NCBI GenBank assembly: GCA_045589295.1
Contig: JAZNOU010000007.1
Location: 32,001 to 96,000 of the forward strand
Direction: 5' to 3'
Length of the DNA stretch: 64,000 bases
Source: Clostridia bacterium
Lineage (GTDB): Bacteria > Bacillota > Clostridia > RGIG6154
The position numbers were made by a program, and so were the translations under genes. The notes under the pieces were generated by a model that saw only the letters and a list, made by a program, of their open reading frames with translations, was not told the origin of the DNA and ran no database searches. Positions 29,916-40,084 of this stretch are shown one piece after another. How positions within the stretch are numbered: position 1 is the stretch's first letter; each line of letters starts with the position of its first letter.

Positions 29916-30264
29916 CTGTCTTAGCGCCTCCTTCAACAGTAACAACTACCCTGTTCGGCAAGCACACAAGAGCTTGTCCTACATCACTGATAGCCCCTGC
30001 TTTTATTTCAACTTTATCTTTACAACTGCTTTGTGTCACATATACCGCACCATCACTAATAACAACGGTATTATGACCAAAATCTGTAGAAATCTCTATT
30101 ATTTTTTTGTTGTCAGTAAGACTGTATCTTCCGTATTCTTTACCATCTACATGTATTACAACAAACAGTGCATCAGAAAAAGCAGGCTTAATTGCGAGAA
30201 TTACTGTTAACAAAAGAATAATAGCTACAACAATTAAATCACCAAGTTTAAGAAATTTTCTCAT
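29899..30264 (-). CDS. NusG domain II-containing (DUF1312) membrane-anchored protein
   Basis: GD plus N-terminal TM, SSCKDKV...G.IS..GQALVCLPNRVVV. Confidence 0.88.
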   Translation of the reverse strand: MRKFLKLGDLIVVAIILLLTVILAIKPAFSDALFVVIHVDGKEYGRYSLTDNKKIIEISTDFGHNTVVISDGAVYVTQSSCKDKVEIKAGAISDVGQALVCLPNRVVVTVEGGAKTDATTF

Positions 30265-30710
30265 ACTCCGGTAGAACCAAATCCACCAGCACCTCTTTTT
30301 GTTTCATCCAAGTCATCGCACACATTTATTTCAACCAGCTTAACAGGTGAAATAACCAACTGAGCAATTCTGTCGCCATGATTAACCACAAAGTCTTCCT
30401 GTCCTAAATTAATTAAGGCACATTTAAGTTCGCCACGATAATCACTGTCAATTACTCCAACACTGTTTGCAAGACAAATACCTTTTTTGCACGCAAGACC
30501 GCTTCTTGCATAAATCAAAGCGACATAACTGCTATCTTCTAATGCAATAGCAATTCCTGTAGGAATAATCTTTATTTCTCCTTTTTTTATAAGTACAGGT
30601 TCATCTAAACAAGCTGACAAATCCATACCAGCACTTCCTGAAGTGGCATAAAAAGGCTTTGCAGAAATTTTACCCTCTGCACTTGGAATAAATTTAATAT
30701 CAAGTTTCAT
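30261..30710 (-). CDS. dut: dUTP diphosphatase
   Basis: AGMDL, RSGLA, GVIDSDYRGE, GDRIAQ, RGAGGFGSTG. Confidence 0.98.
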   Translation of the reverse strand: MKLDIKFIPSAEGKISAKPFYATSGSAGMDLSACLDEPVLIKKGEIKIIPTGIAIALEDSSYVALIYARSGLACKKGICLANSVGVIDSDYRGELKCALINLGQEDFVVNHGDRIAQLVISPVKLVEINVCDDLDETKRGAGGFGSTGV

Positions 30711-30711
30711 A

Positions 30712-31086
30712 TTAATATTTCCTTTCCGCTTTTGCTTCTGAACGTGCAAGCTCAATTTTTGCATTTTGAAGTTGTTCTTTTAAACTTTCGTTTTCTTCAG
30801 AAAGTTGTTTTAATTCAAACTCTTTTTCTCCAAGCATATCCACAGTTGCAGAAAGTTGTGCAGAGAGCTCTTTATTTTCTTCCTGAAGTTTTATTGTTTC
30901 TTCAGCAATATTCAACGAAGTAATAACCGCAATCATATTAGTACTTAACTTGCTGTTACGTTCTGCAATTTCATTAAATTTTTTGTTAACATAAAAACCA
31001 ATTCTCTGGATAAGTTCATCAGAATTTTCACTTTCTATCTGATAATCATTTCCAAGTAATCTGACTACAAACTTTGACATAGCCAT
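30712..31086 (-). CDS. zapA: Cell division protein ZapA
   Basis: ZapA head (V.LLGNDY...YVNKK...AVITSLNIAEE) plus coiled coil. Confidence 0.85.
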   Translation of the reverse strand: MAMSKFVVRLLGNDYQIESENSDELIQRIGFYVNKKFNEIAERNSKLSTNMIAVITSLNIAEETIKLQEENKELSAQLSATVDMLGEKEFELKQLSEENESLKEQLQNAKIELARSEAKAERKY

Positions 31087-31631
31087 TAAAATTCCTCCTG
31101 ATACATATATTTTTCCGACATAAGAATTGCAACAACGGACTTAGCATCGCAAATTTCAAACCTGTCAACCATTTTTTTAAGTTCAGATATCGGAATTTTT
31201 TCAATCTCCAAAAACTCATCTTCATCAGGGTTTGTCGAAGTTAATTTGAGGTCTTTTGCAACATAAATATGCAAAAGCTCATTTGCAAATCCGGGTGAAG
31301 TATACGTTTCAGCAACCTTAAAAATATTTGTTGCTAAAAATCCTGTTTCTTCCTCAAGTTCACGAATAGCACATTCTGCCGGATTTTCACCATACTCGAG
31401 CTTGCCAGCAGGGATTTCAAGTAAAACTTTTTTAGGGCCTGCCCTAAACTGTTTAACCATTAAAAGTTCATTATTTTCAGTAATAGCGGCTACCGCAACA
31501 GCTCCTGGATGCTCAACAACATCACGATGAGCAGTTTTTCCATTAGGAAGCAATACCTTTTCACTTTTAACATTTATTACTTTGCCTCTATATACCTCAT
31601 TACTTTCAATCGTTTTTTCATATAAATCCAA
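31086..31631 (-). CDS. nudF: NUDIX hydrolase, ADP-ribose pyrophosphatase-like
   Basis: VVEHPGAV, KQFR, EIPAGK...AIRELEEETG Nudix box; start moved to TTG 31631 because the promoter overlaps the longer ORF start. Confidence 0.85.
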   Translation of the reverse strand: MDLYEKTIESNEVYRGKVINVKSEKVLLPNGKTAHRDVVEHPGAVAVAAITENNELLMVKQFRAGPKKVLLEIPAGKLEYGENPAECAIRELEEETGFLATNIFKVAETYTSPGFANELLHIYVAKDLKLTSTNPDEDEFLEIEKIPISELKKMVDRFEICDAKSVVAILMSEKYMYQEEF

Positions 31632-31658
31632 TTTACTCTTCGCCACCTTGAACAATTA

Positions 31659-31687
31659 ATTATACACTATCTAGCGATATTTTACAA
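31659..31687 (-). promoter_or_regulatory. sigmaA promoter of nudF-zapA-dut-mre operon
   Basis: TTGTAA-N17-TATAAT. Confidence 0.65.
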
Positions 31688-31695
31688 TATAAAAA

Positions 31696-32913
31696 TTAAA
31701 GATCACTTTCACCGTCTGTAAGTAAGATTGTGTTTGTTTCGCTTTCTGGCATTGCCGTAACAGATTTTAACTTTCTTTGAATTTGTCGGGTTCTTACACC
31801 AACAAGTTTATCAAGTTCACTATTTGCCATTTCAAGCTTATTTTGTGCTGCTTGCAAAACATCACCAAATTTGTCAAACTCAGTTTTTACTGCACCAAGA
31901 ACTGCCCAAACCTCGCCAGAACGCTTTTGAATTGCAAGTGTTTTAAATCCCATTTGCAAACTATTCAAAAGCGCCGCCATATTTGTAGGTCCGGTCACAA
32001 CAACATTAAACTGACGTTGGATATTCTCGGTAATGCCATTTTTCACTACTTCTGCATAAAGGCCTTCTGTTGGCAAAAACATTATGGCAAAATCTGTTGT
32101 GTCCGGCGGGGAAACATATTTTTCATGAATGTCCTTTGCAAAATCTTTAATTCTTCTTTCCAGTATTTTTTTTGCAGTATCAATATCTGTCTGTACACCT
32201 TTATCATAAGCAGCTACAAGATTTGCATACGCATCAGTCGGAAATTTTGCATCAATCGGCAAATAAACTGGTTTATCACCATCGCCAGGAAGTTTTACCG
32301 CAAACTCAACAAAATTTTGACTTGCTGCTTTTGTGCAAACATTTTTCTCATACTGTTCTGGTGAAAGAATTTCCTCTAAAATAGCACCAAGCTGTATTTC
32401 ACCCAATACACCTCGTGTTTTCACATTAGAAAGCGTCTTTTTCAAATCTCCAACGCTTGAAGCTAAGCTTTGCATCTCCCCTAGGCCTTTGTAAACCTGT
32501 TCAAGTCTTTCACTTACAATTTTAAATGATTCGCCTATTCTGGTTTCCAATGTTTTCTGAAGCTTTTCATCAACTGTTTGCCTCATTTGTTCAAGTTTTT
32601 TAGAATTATCTTCTTGAATATTTTTTAGCCCGCCTTCAACAGCATTCCTGATATTTTCAAGTTTCTGTTCATTAATTTTAGTATTATCAGACATTTGTGA
32701 GGACAGCGCCTGCATACGTCCATCCTGGATTTTGGCAATCTGCTCCTGGGATGATGAAAGCACATCACTAAATAATTTCATTGACGATTTAATCTCGTCA
32801 GTAATTTCTTTTTTAACAGAATGTAGTTGGTTATCGCTTTTTTGTGTTAATAGTAATACAATAACAACTACTAAAGCGACTAAAACAATCCCAAGTAATA
32901 TGTAAAGTCCCAT
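31696..32913 (-). CDS. rmuC: DNA recombination protein RmuC
   Basis: TM plus coiled coil, KTRGVLGEIQL, LPIDAKFP, FAIMFLPTEGLY. Confidence 0.95.
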   Translation of the reverse strand: MGLYILLGIVLVALVVVIVLLLTQKSDNQLHSVKKEITDEIKSSMKLFSDVLSSSQEQIAKIQDGRMQALSSQMSDNTKINEQKLENIRNAVEGGLKNIQEDNSKKLEQMRQTVDEKLQKTLETRIGESFKIVSERLEQVYKGLGEMQSLASSVGDLKKTLSNVKTRGVLGEIQLGAILEEILSPEQYEKNVCTKAASQNFVEFAVKLPGDGDKPVYLPIDAKFPTDAYANLVAAYDKGVQTDIDTAKKILERRIKDFAKDIHEKYVSPPDTTDFAIMFLPTEGLYAEVVKNGITENIQRQFNVVVTGPTNMAALLNSLQMGFKTLAIQKRSGEVWAVLGAVKTEFDKFGDVLQAAQNKLEMANSELDKLVGVRTRQIQRKLKSVTAMPESETNTILLTDGESDL

Positions 32914-32922
32914 ATATTCCTC

Positions 32923-34167
32923 CTATCTTATCTGCCCATCACCTAAAATTACGTATTTGTATGTAGTTATTTCTTTTAGGCCCATCGGTCCCCTTGCATG
33001 AAGTTTTTGCGTACTTATTCCAATTTCGGCTCCAAAACCAAATTCTCCGCCATCAGTAAATCTTGTTGATGCATTTACGTATACTGCTGCAGAATCAACT
33101 TGGTTTGTAAATTTTTGTGCATTTTCTTTGCTTTTTGTAATAATACATTCTGAATGCTTAGTACTATGCTCATCTATATGTCTGATTGCCTCGTCAACAT
33201 CTCTAACGACTTTAACAGAAATAATCTTATCCAGAAATTCGGTATAAAAATCTTGCTCATCAGCTAAAAGTATATTTTTAAAAACTTCTTTTGTTTTTTC
33301 ACAACCTCTGATTTCAACACCTTTTTTTTCGAGTTCACCGAGTACAACAGGCAATGCCTTGGCAGCAATTTTTTCATGTACTAAAAGCGATTCTGCTGCA
33401 TTACATACTCCTGTACGCTGAGTTTTTGCATTAGCAACAACCTTCTTTGCCATTTCAATGTCAGCAAATTCATCAATGTATATATGACAATTTCCGCTCC
33501 CAGTTTCAATTACAGGTACAGTTGAGTTTTCAACGACATTCTTAATTAATCCAGCCCCACCTCTAGGTATTAAAACATCAATATAATTATTTAATTTCAT
33601 CAATTTTGAAGCAGTTTCTCTAGAAGTATCTTCAACTAAAGTAACAATATTTTCATTATATCCAACATTTGCAATAGCTTTTTTAATTACAGAAACTATC
33701 GCCTTATTTGAATTAATAGCATCACTACCACCGCGAAGAACAACAGCACTACCCGCTTTAATACAAAGCGCAGCAGCATCTACTGTTACATTAGGTCTGG
33801 CCTCATATATTATTCCAATTACACCAATTGGTACTCTTTTTTTGGTAATAATCAATCCATTTGAGAGTTTATCCTGCGACAAAATCTCACCAACAGGATC
33901 TGGTAGTTCAACTATATCTGATACAGCCTTCGCAATTGAAGAAACTCGTTCTTTGTTGAGTAATAGTCTGTCAACCAAGGATTCTTTCATATTATTTTTA
34001 CGGGCAACCTCAATATCCAACGCATTATGATTAACGATATAGTCAGAATTTTCAAGTAGCTGTCTTGAAATTTCTTTTAATATCTTATTTTTCTCATCAG
34101 TGTCCAACACCATAATTTGCCTTGACGCATTTTTTGCATTAAAGCCTAAATCTTCCAAATATTCCAT
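32923..34167 (-). CDS. proA: Gamma-glutamyl phosphate reductase
   Basis: IYEARPNVT, LIPRGG, VCNAAE, NASTRFTDG, STQKLHARGPMG. Confidence 0.98.
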   Translation of the reverse strand: MEYLEDLGFNAKNASRQIMVLDTDEKNKILKEISRQLLENSDYIVNHNALDIEVARKNNMKESLVDRLLLNKERVSSIAKAVSDIVELPDPVGEILSQDKLSNGLIITKKRVPIGVIGIIYEARPNVTVDAAALCIKAGSAVVLRGGSDAINSNKAIVSVIKKAIANVGYNENIVTLVEDTSRETASKLMKLNNYIDVLIPRGGAGLIKNVVENSTVPVIETGSGNCHIYIDEFADIEMAKKVVANAKTQRTGVCNAAESLLVHEKIAAKALPVVLGELEKKGVEIRGCEKTKEVFKNILLADEQDFYTEFLDKIISVKVVRDVDEAIRHIDEHSTKHSECIITKSKENAQKFTNQVDSAAVYVNASTRFTDGGEFGFGAEIGISTQKLHARGPMGLKEITTYKYVILGDGQIR

Positions 34168-34188
34168 TTAAATTCCCCATTATGTAAT

Positions 34189-34980
34189 TTATTTAAAAAG
34201 TGTACCAACATCTTTGCCTTCTATTATATCATATAAGATTGTCGGATTTTCTCCATTACATACCACAGTAAATATTCCACTTTCTGATGCCATTTCTGCC
34301 GCAGTAACCTTTGTAAGCATTCCACCTGTGCCACGATTTGAGCCAGCACCACCTGCCATTTGTTTAATTTCATTTGTAATTTGTTCCACTTCAGAAATAC
34401 GCTTAGCATCTGAATTTTTCCTTGGGTCTTTATCATACAAACCATCTATATCAGTAAGAATAACCAACAAGTCTGCACCAACAATAGTAGCAACTACCGC
34501 AGAAAGTGTATCATTGTCACCAATAACAATTTCATCAATTGAAACGGCATCGTTTTCATTCACAACAGGAACAACGTGCATATCCAAAAGGGTGTTGAAT
34601 GTATTTGTAACATTATTTTTGCGTTCTGTATTATCAATAACATCTCTTGTTAAAAGCACCTGACCTGTTTTGTAACCATATTCAGAAAACATTTTGTCAT
34701 ATAAATACATAAGTTCGCACTGTCCAACCGCAGCAGCAGCCTGTTTTTCACGGGTAAGTGTTGGTTTTTCTTTAAGCCCCAATTTGCCAACTCCAACACC
34801 AATAGCTCCCGAAGAGACCAAAACAACTTCTATACCCCTGTTTTTAATATCCGCAATTGTTCGTGCCAGCTTATCAATCCTACCTAAATTCAGCTTTCCG
34901 TTGTCATACGTAAGCGTAGATGTTCCTACTTTTACAACAATTCTATTTACTTCATTAATTTTTTCTCTCAAACCAAACAC
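34189..34980 (-). CDS. proB: Glutamate 5-kinase (no PUA domain)
   Basis: VVKVGTSTL, VSSGAI, AAAAVGQ, NENDA, GDNDTLSA, GTGGMLTK. Confidence 0.97.
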   Translation of the reverse strand: MFGLREKINEVNRIVVKVGTSTLTYDNGKLNLGRIDKLARTIADIKNRGIEVVLVSSGAIGVGVGKLGLKEKPTLTREKQAAAAVGQCELMYLYDKMFSEYGYKTGQVLLTRDVIDNTERKNNVTNTFNTLLDMHVVPVVNENDAVSIDEIVIGDNDTLSAVVATIVGADLLVILTDIDGLYDKDPRKNSDAKRISEVEQITNEIKQMAGGAGSNRGTGGMLTKVTAAEMASESGIFTVVCNGENPTILYDIIEGKDVGTLFK

Positions 34981-36618
34981 CTAACTTATTAAATTTACTA
35001 TATTTTCACCAATTGCTTTAAAAATTGGTGCTGCAGTTTCGCTGCCCGACTTCCCATTTTCCACAAACACGCACATTGCATACTTTGGATTTTCTGCTGG
35101 GAAAAAACCGGTATACCAACCATGCTGATATCTTTCACCGTTAACATACCATCCTGTTTGTGCACTACCTGTTTTTCCACCTGAACCTACGTTTTCTATA
35201 TACCCCGTAGTTCCTGTGCCTGAAATGTTAGTTTTTAGCATCATATTATATATTTTTTGAGCTGTGGTTTCGGAAATTACCCTGCTTTCACCTGATACTT
35301 TTAAAGTTCTTTTGATCTGTCCAACACCATCAACTACAGAATCAACACAATTAACTTCTTTGATAATACCTCTATTTGCAATAACTGCAGACAGAACCGC
35401 CCCATTTACTGCATTTCCGGAAAGTTTTCCTTGACCTATAGATAAATTTGCAAGATCTGCAAGATAATAATTTTCCTTATCAGGAAGATTTCCACTTCCT
35501 TGGAAAAGTGTCGTTGGATTTAACACCTTCTTACCCAAGCCAAACTTTTGTGAGTACTCAATTATTTTAGAAAAACCCAGTTTTTTACCAACTTCAATAA
35601 AAACAGGATTACATGAATACATAAACGCTTCCTCAAAAGTGAGTTTGCCATGACCATATATATTATGACAATCAATTTTTTGTCCAGATATATAGGAATG
35701 TCCATTGCACACAAACTCATCATTTGGTGTAACAACATTTTCTTCCAATGCAGCTGACGCTACTATAATTTTAAATATTGAACCCATATCGTAGTTTGTC
35801 AGACACCTGTTTATTAAATTCCCGTCTGCTGAATTTAAATAATCTCCAACTTTATCCGGTTCAAATGTAGGTGCAGTTGCCATTGCAACCAAATCAAAAT
35901 TTTCAATATCCAAGATAACAACACCAGCTTTTATGCCACTATCATCAAGCACATTTTGAGCAATGCGGCAAAAATCCAAATCAAGTGTTGTCTTTAATTT
36001 GTTGGTTTTTATATTCTGCCCTACAGTTTGTACTCCTCCACCAGGAATAAAACGCCTCAAAGCATCAGACATAGCAACCACTCTATAATCTTCTACTTTA
36101 TTCAAAAATTTATCGTAAACCTTTTCAAGCCCCGCTGCACCTTTGTTATCGCTGATGTAACCAATAAGTGCAGCGCATGGAGAGTCGTGAAGATACCTTG
36201 ACGGAACGCTTATAAACGTAATGTTAGGATTGCTTTTAATTTCATTTTTTTTATTACCTTTTACTTTTACAAAGGTTCTTTTGTTTTGGTTAAGGCTTAA
36301 ATATATTTTATGTTCATCTTCATCTGAATACCTTGAAAGCAACCGGCATAACTTAAAATCATTTGTAGAATTTTCTGTTGAAAAGACAACAGCATACTCT
36401 TCCTTTTCTATTCCGGTAAAAGCTCTCATTTTCCTATCTAAAATATCGTTTCGCCTGTTAGCTACCTGGACTGAAAGAGAATTTTGTGCCTCTGCTTGTT
36501 TTTTTAATTCAAAACCATTTACCAACATTATGTGGTATAAACGAACAAAAAGAAATAAAAGTAAAAATCCAAAAATTGTTCTTAATAAAAAATTTCTGAT
36601 TGCTATATTTTTGTGCAT
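34981..36618 (-). CDS. Class B penicillin-binding protein, PbpI/SpoVD-like (probably sporulation)
   Basis: TM, GSIFK (SxxK), YSCN, GKTG; lies downstream of mltG-trmR-U32 as B. subtilis pbpI does. Confidence 0.8.
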   Translation of the reverse strand: MHKNIAIRNFLLRTIFGFLLLFLFVRLYHIMLVNGFELKKQAEAQNSLSVQVANRRNDILDRKMRAFTGIEKEEYAVVFSTENSTNDFKLCRLLSRYSDEDEHKIYLSLNQNKRTFVKVKGNKKNEIKSNPNITFISVPSRYLHDSPCAALIGYISDNKGAAGLEKVYDKFLNKVEDYRVVAMSDALRRFIPGGGVQTVGQNIKTNKLKTTLDLDFCRIAQNVLDDSGIKAGVVILDIENFDLVAMATAPTFEPDKVGDYLNSADGNLINRCLTNYDMGSIFKIIVASAALEENVVTPNDEFVCNGHSYISGQKIDCHNIYGHGKLTFEEAFMYSCNPVFIEVGKKLGFSKIIEYSQKFGLGKKVLNPTTLFQGSGNLPDKENYYLADLANLSIGQGKLSGNAVNGAVLSAVIANRGIIKEVNCVDSVVDGVGQIKRTLKVSGESRVISETTAQKIYNMMLKTNISGTGTTGYIENVGSGGKTGSAQTGWYVNGERYQHGWYTGFFPAENPKYAMCVFVENGKSGSETAAPIFKAIGENIVNLIS

Positions 36619-36657
36619 TTAATCACCCAAAGATTATTGTGCACATTTTTGTAAAAT

Positions 36658-37872
36658 TTATCTTGCCTTTCTTAAAATTGTACCTTTTGGGCACGCAATT
36701 TCACATGGAATATAAAGTTTCATCATCGCATGCGGGCAACTGTCTATTTCTGATTTGCTTTCATCAAACATTTTTTCAATTTTTATAGTTTTAAAATCAC
36801 CGCCGGGTATTAAAAGTTCAATCTCGTCACCAACAAAAAACTTGTTTCTTTGAGTTACTTCAAGCATTTTTTCATAATTATCAAAGTTATCAACTATTCC
36901 AACCAAATCATAATCCCTCTTATATGAACTTGAACCATAAATCTGCTGATTTGAATCTGGTTTGCCAAAAAAGAAACCTGTTGTATACTCTCTGTGGCTT
37001 ACTTTTAAAAGTTCTTCAGCAATTTTTTCATCAAACGGTAAACCATCAAAATATCTGTCAATTGCATCACGGTATGCTTTTGTTACTGTTGCTACATAGT
37101 ATTCAGTCTTAACCCTACCTTCTATTTTAAAACTTGAAATACCTGCCTTTATAAGCTCCGGCACATACCTTATCATATTCAAATCTTTGGAATTGAATAT
37201 AAATGTTCCTCTGTCATTTTCAAAAACAGGGAAATATTCCCCCTCTCTTTTTTCTTCTGTAAGATAATATTTCCATCTACAAGGATGCGCGCATGCACCA
37301 AGATTGCTGTCTCTGCCTGTCATATAATTAGAAAGCAAGCATCTTCCAGAATATGAAATGCACATAGCACCATGAACAAAACATTCAAGTTCTAACTCTT
37401 TTGGCGTGTTGGCTCTGATTTCTGAAATTTCATTGAGCGAAAGTTCACGTGCTAAAATCACTCTTGACGCCCCAAGCTTATGCCACATATTTGCAGAAGC
37501 AAAGTTAACATTGTTGGCTTGTGTACTTATATGAATGTTAAAATCAGGTGTCGTAGATTTAACAATATCAAACAGTCCTAAATCTGATACTATAATTGCA
37601 TCTGCACCATATTCGTAAACTTTGCTTATATATTCCTTAAATCCGTTTAAATCCTCATTATGTGGTAAAATATTAGCAGTAATATATACTTTTTTACCCC
37701 TTTCATGCGCATATTGTATACCCTCTTTAATTTCTTCCATAGAAAAATTTTCGGCAGCCTCCCTCAAAGAGAAAGATTCTCCACCGATATATACAGCATC
37801 CGCACCATATAAAAAAGCAAATTTTAATTTTGAAAGACTGCCTGCAGGTGCAAGCAATTCAGGTTTATTCAA
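36658..37872 (-). CDS. U32 family peptidase-like protein (tRNA hydroxylation, TrhP/YrrO-like)
   Basis: PELLAPAG, GADAVY, HGAMCISYSGRC, CAHPCRW, FKIEGR; start TTG 37872 after GAGGT. Confidence 0.88.
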   Translation of the reverse strand: MNKPELLAPAGSLSKLKFAFLYGADAVYIGGESFSLREAAENFSMEEIKEGIQYAHERGKKVYITANILPHNEDLNGFKEYISKVYEYGADAIIVSDLGLFDIVKSTTPDFNIHISTQANNVNFASANMWHKLGASRVILARELSLNEISEIRANTPKELELECFVHGAMCISYSGRCLLSNYMTGRDSNLGACAHPCRWKYYLTEEKREGEYFPVFENDRGTFIFNSKDLNMIRYVPELIKAGISSFKIEGRVKTEYYVATVTKAYRDAIDRYFDGLPFDEKIAEELLKVSHREYTTGFFFGKPDSNQQIYGSSSYKRDYDLVGIVDNFDNYEKMLEVTQRNKFFVGDEIELLIPGGDFKTIKIEKMFDESKSEIDSCPHAMMKLYIPCEIACPKGTILRKAR

Positions 37873-38536
37873 TTTCTTTACCTCTTTCGTTATAAATTGA
37901 AACAGCAACACCATCACCAATCGGTATAACAGATGTTGACAGTTTTTCATGATTGCAAAGCATCAACAAATACTCTCTCATTCTGCCGACAATTGTCTTC
38001 TGGCGACGTTTTACAATTGTGTCCTCTGCTGTCATACCCTTATATAAAACATTATCAGAAACAATAAGTCCACCATCATTTATAAGCTTTATTGCATACT
38101 CAAAAAACTCATTGTAATAACCTTTAGCGGCATCAATAAAAATCATGTCATATTTAGAACTAAGACAAGAAAGAACCTCTAAAGCATCGCCTTCAATGAC
38201 TCGTATTTGTTCTGAAAGGCCTAATTTTTTTATATTTTCAATTGCAAGCGTTGTCATGTCGCTGTCACGCTCAACAGTAGTAATTCGGCATTTTTTCCCC
38301 GAAGCAAAAGCCATACATGATGCAGAATATCCTATAGCACTACCAAGTTCGAGTATTTTTTGAGGCTTTTGCATTTTGCATAATATTTCTAGGAAAGCTT
38401 TCATTTCTTTGTGTATAATCGGGACACCATTTTTGATCGCATAATCTTCCATTTCCTTGAGATGTCCTTGTGTTTCAGGCAAAATCTGATGAAGATATTC
38501 AGTTATATATTCATAATTAATTTTTTCTCCTGCCAA
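37865..38536 (-). CDS. trmR: O-methyltransferase (TrmR/YrrM-like, tRNA mo5U)
   Basis: ILELGSAIGYS, FIDAAKG, SDNVL; mltG-U32 synteny. Confidence 0.75.
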   Translation of the reverse strand: MAGEKINYEYITEYLHQILPETQGHLKEMEDYAIKNGVPIIHKEMKAFLEILCKMQKPQKILELGSAIGYSASCMAFASGKKCRITTVERDSDMTTLAIENIKKLGLSEQIRVIEGDALEVLSCLSSKYDMIFIDAAKGYYNEFFEYAIKLINDGGLIVSDNVLYKGMTAEDTIVKRRQKTIVGRMREYLLMLCNHEKLSTSVIPIGDGVAVSIYNERGKEIE

Positions 38537-39541
38537 TTACAAAAGACCTGCCTTTTTCATATTTTTCTGATGTTCATTAAATGTTTTAGCGAAATAATGT
38601 TTACCATTACCATCAGCCGCAAAATATATATACTCCGTTTTTTCAGGATAAAGCGCAGCGTTTATACAACTTAATCCAGGCGAAGCAATCGGACCGATTG
38701 GTAACCCTTTATTCAGATAAGTGTTATAATCAGATTTTATTTTTGTGTCGGCAATACTTAAAACATTTTTTCTTTCTTTTAAAATGTATTGAACCGTAGC
38801 ACACGACTGCAAAAATCCTGCTGACTCATTTTTATCATTTAATCTATTGTAAAAAACTCCCGCAACCAAAGCAAGTTCACTTTTAGCTGCTGCTTCACGC
38901 TCTATAATGGAGGCCATTGTGATAAGTTGATCAACGGTAAAACCAAGTTGTTCAGCGCGTTTTTTCATATCAGGGTTAAACTTATTTTCAAAATTATCAA
39001 GCATTTTTGTTATAATGCTTTTTGCTCCTTCTTCACATGAAAACTCATATGTGTCAGGAAAAAGGTATCCTTCGAGTTGCATATCGCGTTTTTTGATATC
39101 TTTAAAAAACCAATAATCAAAATTATTAATATTGGCAACTTCATTAAACTCATTAACCGTAACAAGTCCCTTTTTCTCCAAAAGTGCCGCAATTTCTCTT
39201 TGTTCCATACCCTCGGTAATTGTAACAGTAACTGACCTGGCTTTTGTAAAGCTTTCAAGTTCACGAACAATTGCACCATAGCTTTTTGAAGAAAATTCAT
39301 GGACCCCCATATAATAAGTATCGCCAAATAAGCGATAAAAAATTTTGAATAAACTTTTTGAACCGATTATATCTTTTTCTTTAAGTTTATCAGCAATTTC
39401 ACTTATCGAATTTCCAGATTGAACTTCCACAACGACAGTATCACGCCTTTTAAAAACACCTGAAATTTCTCCAAAAATAAAAACAAGTACTATAATTAAA
39501 GCAACAGCAAATATACACAGAATTTTTTTCTTATTCAGCAT
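38537..39541 (-). CDS. mltG: Endolytic transglycosylase MltG
   Basis: LEGYLFPDTY, ASIIERE, YNTY..GLP.GPI.SPG. Confidence 0.95.
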   Translation of the reverse strand: MLNKKKILCIFAVALIIVLVFIFGEISGVFKRRDTVVVEVQSGNSISEIADKLKEKDIIGSKSLFKIFYRLFGDTYYMGVHEFSSKSYGAIVRELESFTKARSVTVTITEGMEQREIAALLEKKGLVTVNEFNEVANINNFDYWFFKDIKKRDMQLEGYLFPDTYEFSCEEGAKSIITKMLDNFENKFNPDMKKRAEQLGFTVDQLITMASIIEREAAAKSELALVAGVFYNRLNDKNESAGFLQSCATVQYILKERKNVLSIADTKIKSDYNTYLNKGLPIGPIASPGLSCINAALYPEKTEYIYFAADGNGKHYFAKTFNEHQKNMKKAGLL

Positions 39542-39550
39542 ATTACACCC

Positions 39551-40084
39551 TTAATAATAAATTGAATTTTTAACCTTCAAAGCAACATCGTCACCCTTTA
39601 AAACTTTTATAATTTCTAATGCAAAATCCATCGCTGTTCCCGCTGCCTTAGAAGTTGTTACATTTTTATCGGTAACTGTACTTTTGGTTGAAATAACTGC
39701 ACCTTTAAGTTTATCTTCAAAACCAGGATAGCAAATAACCTCTGTGCCTTCTGTGATTTTTAGTTCTCCTAAAATCCATGGTGCAGCACAAATAGCAGCA
39801 ACCCTCTGTTCGCTTTCTGACTGTTTTTTCACTCTGTCAGTTACTTCTTTATTTGACATTAAATTAGGAACACCAGGAATACCACCCGGAAGAACAATCA
39901 TATCACAATCGGGAGCATCAGCAAGCATTACATCACATTTAACGCATATATTGTGATTACCTGTAACATAAATATCTTTTTCTGTTGAAACCAATAATAC
40001 ATCAATTTCTGCACGTCTTAATAAATCAGCAGAAGTTAAAGCTTCAACTTCTTCAAATCCGTTTGCTAAAAATATATTAACCAT
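39551..40084 (-). CDS. DJ-1/PfpI (YajL-like) family protein
   Basis: GFEEVE, VLPGG, AAICAAP, CYPG. Confidence 0.92.
   Translation of the reverse strand: MVNIFLANGFEEVEALTSADLLRRAEIDVLLVSTEKDIYVTGNHNICVKCDVMLADAPDCDMIVLPGGIPGVPNLMSNKEVTDRVKKQSESEQRVAAICAAPWILGELKITEGTEVICYPGFEDKLKGAVISTKSTVTDKNVTTSKAAGTAMDFALEIIKVLKGDDVALKVKNSIYY

Noticed and set aside
31233-31239. Spo0A box TGTCGAA (also TTCGACA near 10820)
   Set aside because: Both lie deep inside CDSs (nudF, polC); this frequency is expected by chance
31777-32364. 195-aa plus-strand ORF, and other long antisense ORFs (e.g. 55361-55876, 61005-61505, 46321-46812, 11904-12374)
   Set aside because: All are fully antisense to well-conserved genes and have no recognisable motifs; typical shadow ORFs
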